Source: Collinsella sp. (GTDB taxonomy: Bacteria; Actinomycetota; Coriobacteriia; Coriobacteriales; Coriobacteriaceae). Taken from it: a stretch of 64,000 nucleotides of DNA. Shown one piece after another: positions 57,141 through 64,000 of the stretch. The stretch covers positions 39,044 to 103,043 of the forward strand of contig JAGZGX010000007.1 in the NCBI GenBank assembly GCA_018367075.1, given 5' to 3'. Positions within the stretch are counted from its first letter, which is position 1, and every line of letters begins with the position of its first letter. The notes beneath the pieces are model-generated. The model saw nothing but the letters and a program-made list of their open reading frames with translations, was not told where the DNA came from and did no database searches. The translations under genes were made by a program, and so were the position numbers.

Positions 57141-57722
57141 ATGGAGCTCACGGACCGCTCTGGTTACTTTGCGGGCCCCGGTATGCTTGGCGGCTCCTTT
57201 GGTGATGCCTCGCGCGCAAGCGACGAGGCCGCCGAGGGCGTCGCCGACCCCTGCCTGGGCCATGCGCCCGACCAGGTGGTCTTCTATGAGCTCACGCGTA
57301 AGTTTGTGGAGACCGAGGAAGACGTTCCCCAGGAGGCCTGCGACGTGCTGTACTACACGCTCGCCGTGGGCCACCACACCGGCGTGCTCGATTGCTTTGA
57401 GCCGCGCCTGTCGGTGCCGGTGGATGTGTTCTATTCGCTCGTCGACGCGCTGCCGGAGGGGGAGGCCAAGACCAAGTTCGAGGCCATCCGCTCCTTTGGC
57501 GAGTGCCAGCTCGACAAGGCGGCGGTGCCGTCGCTGCTCGAGGCCTGCGATGCGCTGCTCGACGAGCGCGGTTTTCGCGGGTCGGCTAAGGCCGGCATCT
57601 CGGTGTTCGACGACGACTTTGGCCTGCATGCCCAGCAGGTCGCGTTCTTAATGAAGTTTCGCGATCTGATTGAACGCGTGCGCGATGTGTCGGGCGTGTA
57701 TCTGACGGGGAGGTTGCAGTAA
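57141..57722 (+). CDS. hycH: Formate hydrogenlyase maturation protein HycH/HyfJ with a ~50-aa N-terminal extension.
   Basis: VVFYELTRKFVETEEDVPQEACDVLYYTLAVGHHTGVLDCFE is collinear with E. coli HycH (VVFSQLSRKFIDE...VVYYSLAIGHHLGVIDCLE). Confidence 0.72.
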   Translation: MELTDRSGYFAGPGMLGGSFGDASRASDEAAEGVADPCLGHAPDQVVFYELTRKFVETEEDVPQEACDVLYYTLAVGHHTGVLDCFEPRLSVPVDVFYSLVDALPEGEAKTKFEAIRSFGECQLDKAAVPSLLEACDALLDERGFRGSAKAGISVFDDDFGLHAQQVAFLMKFRDLIERVRDVSGVYLTGRLQ

Positions 57723-58225
57723 TGGGTCGCGTTGTGGATGGTCGTGTGAACGGCGCCCCGTTTGCGGGCATTGTGCTCACGGCGGGAAGCGTGCTGCGTG
57801 CTGACGATGCCGCCGGCCCCGTGCTCTCCAAAAAGATGGAGGACGCGCCGCTTGCCGGCTGGTACACCATCGATGGCGGTCAGACTCCCGAGGATGACAT
57901 CATCGAGGTCAAGCGTGAGCGTCCGCCGCGTTTGGTTTTGGTCGATGCCGCCGATATGGCGCTGCCCGTCGGCGCCATTCGCCTGCTCGACAAACGTGAT
58001 GTGGCCCGCAAGTCGATGTTCACCACGCATTCGCTCCCTTTGTCGATTCTGATCGAGGAAATCGAGCAATCGTGCGAAGATATCGTCTTCATAGGGATTC
58101 AGCCGGGCGATACGGAGTTTTACAACCCTATGTCCCCGGAGGTCTTTGACGCCGTCGACGCCGTGTACGACGCCGTGGCCGCCAACGACTTTTCCCACTT
58201 TGTCCGCTTGGGACAAGAGCAATAG
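57722..58225 (+). CDS. hycI: Hydrogenase 3/4 maturation endopeptidase HycI.
   Basis: IVLTAGSVLRADDAAGPVL is the HycI/HybD N-terminal motif. 167 aa. Start overlaps the hycH stop (TAATG). Confidence 0.78.
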   Translation: MGRVVDGRVNGAPFAGIVLTAGSVLRADDAAGPVLSKKMEDAPLAGWYTIDGGQTPEDDIIEVKRERPPRLVLVDAADMALPVGAIRLLDKRDVARKSMFTTHSLPLSILIEEIEQSCEDIVFIGIQPGDTEFYNPMSPEVFDAVDAVYDAVAANDFSHFVRLGQEQ

Positions 58226-58264
58226 GAGCGCTTGTCCCTGCTGATTAGGAAAGAAGTGATTGAC

Positions 58265-59104
58265 ATGGCAGATTCCAAGGCAGAATATCCCGCTCCCGAT
58301 TGCCTTGCGCCCGCCGCGATCGAGGCCAAGACCGAGGCCGCCGGCGTGACCAAGGCCAACCTGCCGGTCGCAAAGGCCTTTGTTTTGGCGATGTTTGCTG
58401 GTGCGTTCATTGCCTTCGGCGGCCTGTTCTTTACCGTGTTCTTGAGCGATAGCACGCTGGGCTGGGGTGCCCAGCGCGTCGTGGGCGGCCTGTGCTTTTG
58501 CCTGGGCCTGGTGCTGGTGCTGGTGTGTGGCGCCGAGCTGTTCACCGGCAACTCGCTTATGGTCTGCGCGCTCAAGAGCAAAAAGATCACCCTGGCTCAG
58601 ATGCTCAAGGCATGGGTCGTCGTATGGGTCGGTAACTTTGTCGGTGCCTTGTTCATCGTCTTTTTGGTGTACATGGCCGGCATTTACAAGCTCAACGGCG
58701 AGGCGGTCGCCAATTCCATGGTAAGCGTCGCCGCCGGCAAGGTGACGATCGACTGGGTGACGATCTTCTTCCGCGGCATCCTGTGCAACATCTTTGTGTG
58801 CCTGGCCGTGTGGATCGGTACCGCCGGCAAGACCGTGGTCGATAAGGTTGTGGGCATTCTGCTGCCCATCGCCGCCTTTGTGGCCTGCGGTTTTGAGCAC
58901 TGCGTCGCCAACATGTACTTTTTGCCCATGGGTGCCGTGATGCACGCGTGCGGCTATGGTATCGACGTCGCCGGCGCCGATGCACTCAACGTTGCGGGCA
59001 TTGCGTTTAACCTGTCCGCCGCCACGCTGGGCAACATCGTGGGCGGCGCGGTTCTGATCGCGCTCGGCTACTGGTTTGTCTACGCCAAGAATTCCGAGGC
59101 GTAA
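58265..59104 (+). CDS. focA: Formate channel FocA (formate/nitrite transporter family).
   Basis: FNT signatures (GAELFTGN, NxxGN-like region, FEHCVANMYF). 279 aa from MADSKAEY. Confidence 0.85.
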   Translation: MADSKAEYPAPDCLAPAAIEAKTEAAGVTKANLPVAKAFVLAMFAGAFIAFGGLFFTVFLSDSTLGWGAQRVVGGLCFCLGLVLVLVCGAELFTGNSLMVCALKSKKITLAQMLKAWVVVWVGNFVGALFIVFLVYMAGIYKLNGEAVANSMVSVAAGKVTIDWVTIFFRGILCNIFVCLAVWIGTAGKTVVDKVVGILLPIAAFVACGFEHCVANMYFLPMGAVMHACGYGIDVAGADALNVAGIAFNLSAATLGNIVGGAVLIALGYWFVYAKNSEA

Positions 59105-59125
59105 AGTACCGCCTGTTTGACGTTG

Positions 59126-59161
59126 GCCTCCCGCGGGGCGTTGCCGTGCGGGAGGCTTTTT
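59126..59161 (+). terminator. focA intrinsic terminator.
   Basis: GCCTCCCGC-GGGGCGTTGCCGT-GCGGGAGGC followed by TTTTT. Confidence 0.78.
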
Positions 59162-59225
59162 GGGTCTGGGGCTCGTTGACGGGCTTTTGGCCTGTTGTGT
59201 TTGGCTGATGAAAGGGGTAATCGAG

Positions 59226-61343
59226 ATGGCATCTGCTGTGAAGCGTGACGGTCGCGCCGTGGTGACCACATGCGGGGGATGCTATGCCGATTGCGCCTTT
59301 GCGGCACGCGTTGAGGACGGTCGCGTGGTGGCCGAGCTGCCGGTGCCGGGGCATCCGTGCGCGACGCGTGCGCTGTGTGCCCGCGGGCGGCATCGCCTGG
59401 CAATGCCGTTTGACGAGCGCGACCGGATTTTGCACCCCATGCGCCGACGAGCTGATGGCTCGGGGTTCGATGTGATTTCGTGGGACGAGGCGTTTGCCCA
59501 GATTGCCGAGCGCCTTTTGGGGATTGTTGACGAGCGCGGGCCCCGTGCACTGGGTATGACGCTCGGCGTGCCCTCGTTCGACCGCTACTGGGCGCATCGT
59601 TTTATGCATGCGCTGGGCTCGCCCAACGTATACGGTGCCGACGGTGCCTGCGAGGTAAGCCGACTTACCGGTTGGGAGCACAGCCTGGGCTATAGTCCCG
59701 CCTCCGACCTGGCGCATACCGATTGCATCATGTACCTGGGGCGTTCCATCGTCGATTCGTCGACGATGGGGGCCGTTGATGCGCTCAACGATGCGCGCCG
59801 GCGCGGGGCGAAGATCATCGTGGTTGACCCCCGGCGCAGCGGTTCGGCCGCGCTTGCCGACCGCTGGCTGCGCGTGCGTCCCGGATGCGATCTGGCGTTG
59901 CTGCTGGGTATCGCACATGTGCTGGTAGCCGAGGACCTGTACGATCACGAGTTCGTTGCCCGCTATACCACGGGTTTTGATGAGCTGGCGCAGGCGGCCA
60001 GTGCTTGGACGCCCGAGTGGGCCGAGTCGATGTGCGACGTGCCGGCCGCAGAGATTGTCGCTGCGGCGCGCGAGCTAGCTGCCGCCGCGCCCGCCGCTGT
60101 GGTGGACGCGGGCTTTCATGGCGGCATCGGTATCGCGTATGCCAATAGCACCCAGACCGCGCGCGCTATTTGCTTGGTCGATGTGCTGCTGGGCTGCATC
60201 GGACACGCGGGCGGCGCGCTCAACCCGCCCACGCCGCTTGTGTTGGGCGACCTCGATCCCGCACGCTTTGCGACGCCGCCGGTGCCATGCGGGCCCAAGC
60301 TGGGGTCCGAGCGCTATCCACTGGTCGATCCGGTGCGCGGCCTGTGCACGACCATCGGTCAGTCGATTCTTGCCGGCGATTTGCGTGGGCTCATCGTCTA
60401 TGCCAGTAACCCCGGTGCGGGCTATGGCAATGCGCAGGCTTGGTTGGGTATTTTGCAGCAGCTCGACTTGCTCGTGACGATTGATATTCGCTGGTCCGAG
60501 ACGGCGCGTGCTTCGGACTTCGTGCTGCCCGACGTGACGTATCTGGAGGCCGACCGCGGTGTGGGCACGGTCGTGGGCGCCAACGATGCGCGCGTGTTCT
60601 ACCGCAATGCCGTGCTGCCCGTGCAGCATGACGACACGCGTCCCGGCCGGGAGATTTTTGCCGGTCTGGCGCAGGCGTGTGGCGTGGGCGAGTACTTCCA
60701 GTTTACGTCTGACGATCTGGCGGCTGCCCAGGTGGCGCCTTTTGGGATCAATCTGGACGAGCTCAAGGAGCGCGGCTGGGCCGACACGGGTGTTGCGTTG
60801 CCGTCGCGTACGGGCGATCCGGCGATTCCCTTGGATGGCGGCAAAATTGCGCTGGCAAGCGACGTATGGGAACGAGCCGGCCTGGGTCGTGTACCCAACT
60901 GGATCGCTCCCATGGTGGAGCCTAGCCTGGGGATGTTTCGCCTCATTAGCGGCAACCGTCCCTTTGAGTCGCATACCTCGCGTAGACTCGCGGCGGCCGG
61001 TGCCGCCGAGGCTGGATCGGATCTGGATGCCGTGCAGATGAATGCCGATGCCGCTGCGCGCATGGGCATTGCCGATGGCGAGGTCGTCGAGCTCGTGAGC
61101 GATATGGGCCGCGACCGCGTGCGCGTGGAGACGACGCCGTATCTGCATCCGGCGTGCATCTTCACCTCGGCCGCCCCCGGCGGGCGTTCGTTTGGCGCCG
61201 ATGCCGGTGGCGCTCAAGCCTTGGGCGTGGGCCCGCTCGACCATACACCTTTGCGTTGGGACCCGTTGACGGGCGCCGCGCTCACCCAGGAAAACGCCGT
61301 TCGCGTGGAAAAGATCGCGGCGCGCGAGGATAATAACGAGTAA
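59226..61343 (+). CDS. Cytoplasmic molybdopterin (bis-MGD) oxidoreductase of unknown substrate, 705 aa. No in-frame UGA.
   Basis: N-terminal CGGCYADC...C [4Fe-4S] motif and MopB-family collinearity. No signal peptide. Very Ala/Arg-rich. Candidate ligand region NVYGADGACEVSRL. Confidence 0.68.
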   Translation: MASAVKRDGRAVVTTCGGCYADCAFAARVEDGRVVAELPVPGHPCATRALCARGRHRLAMPFDERDRILHPMRRRADGSGFDVISWDEAFAQIAERLLGIVDERGPRALGMTLGVPSFDRYWAHRFMHALGSPNVYGADGACEVSRLTGWEHSLGYSPASDLAHTDCIMYLGRSIVDSSTMGAVDALNDARRRGAKIIVVDPRRSGSAALADRWLRVRPGCDLALLLGIAHVLVAEDLYDHEFVARYTTGFDELAQAASAWTPEWAESMCDVPAAEIVAAARELAAAAPAAVVDAGFHGGIGIAYANSTQTARAICLVDVLLGCIGHAGGALNPPTPLVLGDLDPARFATPPVPCGPKLGSERYPLVDPVRGLCTTIGQSILAGDLRGLIVYASNPGAGYGNAQAWLGILQQLDLLVTIDIRWSETARASDFVLPDVTYLEADRGVGTVVGANDARVFYRNAVLPVQHDDTRPGREIFAGLAQACGVGEYFQFTSDDLAAAQVAPFGINLDELKERGWADTGVALPSRTGDPAIPLDGGKIALASDVWERAGLGRVPNWIAPMVEPSLGMFRLISGNRPFESHTSRRLAAAGAAEAGSDLDAVQMNADAAARMGIADGEVVELVSDMGRDRVRVETTPYLHPACIFTSAAPGGRSFGADAGGAQALGVGPLDHTPLRWDPLTGAALTQENAVRVEKIAAREDNNE

Positions 61344-61395
61344 TTGACTCAGCTGATGTATTCGACTGATCCACGTTTCTTTTGAAAGGCCGCAC

Positions 61396-62853
61396 ATGAG
61401 CGATAGCCAGAACATGTCCGATGAGGTACGCGCCCGCCTGCGCGCCATTCCTTCCGTCAACGAGCTGCTTGCCGAGTGGCCTGTTGTGAAGGCGGCGGGG
61501 GAGACCTGCGACGCGGTGGCGCATGCCGCCGTCACGGCCGAGCTCGACGAGGAGCGCGCCGCCATTCGCGCCGGTGCTGCCCCGCGCTCTAAGCGCGAAC
61601 TAGCCTCGGCCATCGAGTGGCGTGCGCACCGCTCTGCGTTGCCGAGCCTGCGCCCTGCCGTCAACGCTACGGGCGTGGTCATCCACACCAACTTGGGCCG
61701 CGCCCCGCTCGCGGAGTCGGCCGCCAAGGCCGTGGCCGAGGTTGCGCGCGGGTATAGCACGCTCGAGTACAGCGTCGACACCTGTTCGCGTGGGTCGCGT
61801 AAGGAGCACGCTGCGCAGCTGATCCGCTCACTCACCGGTGCTGAGGACGCGCTCGTGGTCAACAACAACGCCGCCGCGGTGCTGCTGGTGCTGGCGTCCC
61901 ATGCCGCAGGCAAAGAGGTTATCGTCAGCCGCGGCGAGCTTGTCGAGATTGGCGGCAGCTTCCGCATCCCCGACGTCATGGCGGCCTCGGGCGCCAAACT
62001 CGTCGAGGTCGGCGCCACCAACCGCACGCATCTGGGCGACTACGAGCGCGCCATCACGCCCGATACGGCCATGATCCTCAAGGTCCATCCCTCCAACTAT
62101 CGCATCGAGGGTTTTCACGAGGAGGTGAGCTCTCGGGAACTTGCCGCTCTGGCCCACAAGCATGGCCTGCTGTTCTACGAGGACCAGGGGTCGGGCGCGC
62201 TGTTGCCCGACGACATCTTGGTGCGCGGCGGCGAGGAGCCCACGCCGGCTTCGGTCGCGGCGGGGCTCGATATCGTGTCGTGCTCGGGCGATAAACTGCT
62301 CGGTGCCGCACAAGCGGGCATTATCATGGGCCGTCGCGATCTGGTCCAGGCCTGCGGGTCGCATCCGCTCATGCGTGCCTTGCGCCCGGGCAAGCTCGCG
62401 CTGGCGGCGCTCGAGGCTACACTGCGCATTTACATGGATGGGGCGGATGTGGCCCATCGCGAGGTGCCGGTACTCAACATGCTCACGCTTCCACAGGCTC
62501 ATCTGGAGCGTCGCGCGCGTAAGCTGCGCGAGCTGATGGTGGCGGGTCTCGATAAGGCCGGCTGCCCGTGCGCCGTTCAGGTGGAGATCGTCGAGGAATC
62601 GTCGACCCCCGGTGGCGGTTCGCTGCCTACCGTTGAGCTGCCCACGATGTGCGTTGCCGTGCGTCTTGTTGACGAGCGTCTGACGGTCGACGCGCTCAAG
62701 CGCTCGCTTGTCCAGGACTTCGACACGCCGGTCGTCACGCGAACCTCGCACGATCGCATTCTGTTTGATGTGCGCACGCTCGTGGGCGACCGCGATATTG
62801 AGACGGCGGCGTCGACGCTTGTCGCATGCGTTGCCAAGGCGGTGCACCGATGA
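61396..62853 (+). CDS. selA: L-seryl-tRNA(Sec) selenium transferase (selenocysteine synthase).
   Basis: VINATGVVIHTNLGRAPL and PLP-lysine region SGDKLLGAAQAGII. 485 aa. Confidence 0.9.
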   Translation: MSDSQNMSDEVRARLRAIPSVNELLAEWPVVKAAGETCDAVAHAAVTAELDEERAAIRAGAAPRSKRELASAIEWRAHRSALPSLRPAVNATGVVIHTNLGRAPLAESAAKAVAEVARGYSTLEYSVDTCSRGSRKEHAAQLIRSLTGAEDALVVNNNAAAVLLVLASHAAGKEVIVSRGELVEIGGSFRIPDVMAASGAKLVEVGATNRTHLGDYERAITPDTAMILKVHPSNYRIEGFHEEVSSRELAALAHKHGLLFYEDQGSGALLPDDILVRGGEEPTPASVAAGLDIVSCSGDKLLGAAQAGIIMGRRDLVQACGSHPLMRALRPGKLALAALEATLRIYMDGADVAHREVPVLNMLTLPQAHLERRARKLRELMVAGLDKAGCPCAVQVEIVEESSTPGGGSLPTVELPTMCVAVRLVDERLTVDALKRSLVQDFDTPVVTRTSHDRILFDVRTLVGDRDIETAASTLVACVAKAVHR

Positions 62854-64000
62854 GTGGGGCCGAAGCGTTGGTGGAATGTCCCGTTATCGTAGGTACGGCG
62901 GGGCACGTCGACCACGGTAAGTCGGCGCTCATCGAGGCGCTGACGGGTAAAAACCCCGACCGCCTGGAAGTTGAGCGTCGTCGCGGCATGACCGTTGAGC
63001 TGGGCTTTGGCGAGCTAGCGCTGCCGAGTGGCAAGATCGTTGGCCTGGTTGACGTGCCGGGCCATGCGCATTACTTGCGCGCCATGGTGCAGGGTGCCAC
63101 AGGTATCGACGTCGCCGTGCTGGTGGTTTCGGCCGTCGAGGGCGTGATGCCACAGACCCGCGAGCACGTGCATGTGCTGGAGCTGCTGGGCGTTACGCAT
63201 ATGGTGGTCGCGCTGACGATGTGCGACTTGGCCGATAGCGAAATGATTGAGCTGGCCGAGCTCGACGTCGATGATTTTTTGTCGGTCACCGTGTTTGCGG
63301 ACGCGCCGATCGTGCCCGTGTCATCCAAGACCGGCGAGGGGATTGGCGCGCTGTTGGCTGCGCTCGACGAGCAGGTTAGTACCTGCTGGGATTCCTGCCG
63401 CGACCGTGCCGAGCGTACCGATGCCGCGCCGCGCTTGCCGATTGACCGCTGCTTTACGATCAAGGGCGCCGGCACCGTCGTGACGGGAACGCTGCACGAT
63501 GCGCCGGTCGCGGTGGGCGATGAGCTCGTCGCGCTGCCGTCGCGCACGGCCTGCCGCGTACGCGGGATCCAAGTGCATGGCGACACGCAGCAGGCGCTGC
63601 CCGGTCAGCGTGTGGCGCTCAACCTGGTGGGCGATGGCGTCGCTGCGCTCGATCGCGGCGAGATGCTCGGCGTGGAGGGTCGCTTTGGCCAGACGCTGCG
63701 CTTTATGATGGCGTTTACGTATTTGGGTCGCGAGGGAGCCAAGCCGCGTGTGCTCGAGTCGGGAGCGCGTGTTCACGTTATGGCAGGTACGGCCGAAGTC
63801 GTCGGCCGCATCATGCTCATGGAGGGCGAGGCCCCCATGGCGGTGGGCGAGACGCGAGTGGTGCAGGTACGCCTGGAGGAACCGCTGCCGCTGCGCGCCG
63901 GCGACCATGCCGTGGTGCTATCGTATTCGCCGGTCATGCTTATTGGTGGCGGCCGCGTGCTGTTGTCGCGCTGCCGTCGCTCGCGCGAGCTTGTTGAGGG
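62850..64000 (+). CDS. selB: Selenocysteine-specific elongation factor SelB. It is 3'-truncated by the window end; the start overlaps the selA stop (ATGA).
   Basis: IVGTAGHVDHGKS (G1), DVPGH (G3) and MCDL (NKxD variant) GTPase motifs. Characteristic selA-selB coupling. Confidence 0.9.
   Translation, partial: MSGAEALVECPVIVGTAGHVDHGKSALIEALTGKNPDRLEVERRRGMTVELGFGELALPSGKIVGLVDVPGHAHYLRAMVQGATGIDVAVLVVSAVEGVMPQTREHVHVLELLGVTHMVVALTMCDLADSEMIELAELDVDDFLSVTVFADAPIVPVSSKTGEGIGALLAALDEQVSTCWDSCRDRAERTDAAPRLPIDRCFTIKGAGTVVTGTLHDAPVAVGDELVALPSRTACRVRGIQVHGDTQQALPGQRVALNLVGDGVAALDRGEMLGVEGRFGQTLRFMMAFTYLGREGAKPRVLESGARVHVMAGTAEVVGRIMLMEGEAPMAVGETRVVQVRLEEPLPLRAGDHAVVLSYSPVMLIGGGRVLLSRCRRSRELVE

Overview
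This is a high-GC segment (roughly 60-65% by eye) with Actinobacteria-like coding style. The anaerobic gene content (HgdAB-type dehydratase, Hyf hydrogenase, selenoproteins) suggests a Coriobacteriia-type gut anaerobe, but that assignment is an inference from the sequence alone.

Positions 1-26.7 kb hold mostly housekeeping genes: thiC behind a TPP riboswitch, yaaA, an M18 aminopeptidase, polA, argG and argH (separated by 520 bp), ndk, rpiB, a CyuA/YhaM-type L-cysteine desulfidase, two HAD hydrolases, rpsA, RNase P RNA, yigZ, a C_GCAxxG_C_C protein, metY, an MFS exporter, xpt, arfB, a DagK-like lipid kinase and a ClC exchanger.

Positions 26.8-64 kb form a dense molybdenum/selenium/formate metallo-cofactor supercluster. 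In order it contains:
- moeA-mogA
- modA, modB (with an N-terminal fusion) and modC
- a 2-hydroxyacyl-CoA-dehydratase-like two-subunit enzyme with its HgdC-type ATPase activator
- a selenium operon directly downstream of it: selD (itself a selenoprotein, UGA at codon 17), yedF, a DUF3343 Se/S-carrier-like protein, and a cysteine desulfurase/selenocysteine-lyase-like enzyme
- brnQ
- tRNA-Pro(UGG) and tRNA-Gly(UCC) with a recognisable sigma70-like promoter
- a small lower-GC islet (an AbiEi/DUF559-like ORF plus a RelB/DinJ-PIN toxin-antitoxin pair), bracketed by copies of a 68-nt palindromic repeat
- a 15.4 kb Hyf-type formate hydrogenlyase operon: hycB-like, fdhF with an in-frame UGA at codon 140, hyfA through hyfI, hycH/hyfJ, hycI, focA
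- a Sec-free molybdopterin oxidoreductase, then selA and selB (truncated at the window end)

The 68-nt palindromic repeat (core AAGTTGCGGTGAAATACGGACTG ... CAGTCCGTATTTCACCGCAACTT) occurs four times, always at gene 3' ends.

The six-frame track splits both selenoprotein genes at their UGA codons and lists many long antisense ORFs that are GC artefacts.

The most interesting leads are:
- the physical coupling of an HgdAB/activase system to the selD-yedF-DUF3343-csd selenium operon
- the Sec-containing selD
- the ModB N-terminal fusion
- the repeat-bounded islet at the 3' end of tRNA-Gly
- two Arg-rich, strongly SD-preceded leader mini-ORFs upstream of argG and of the HgdAB genes
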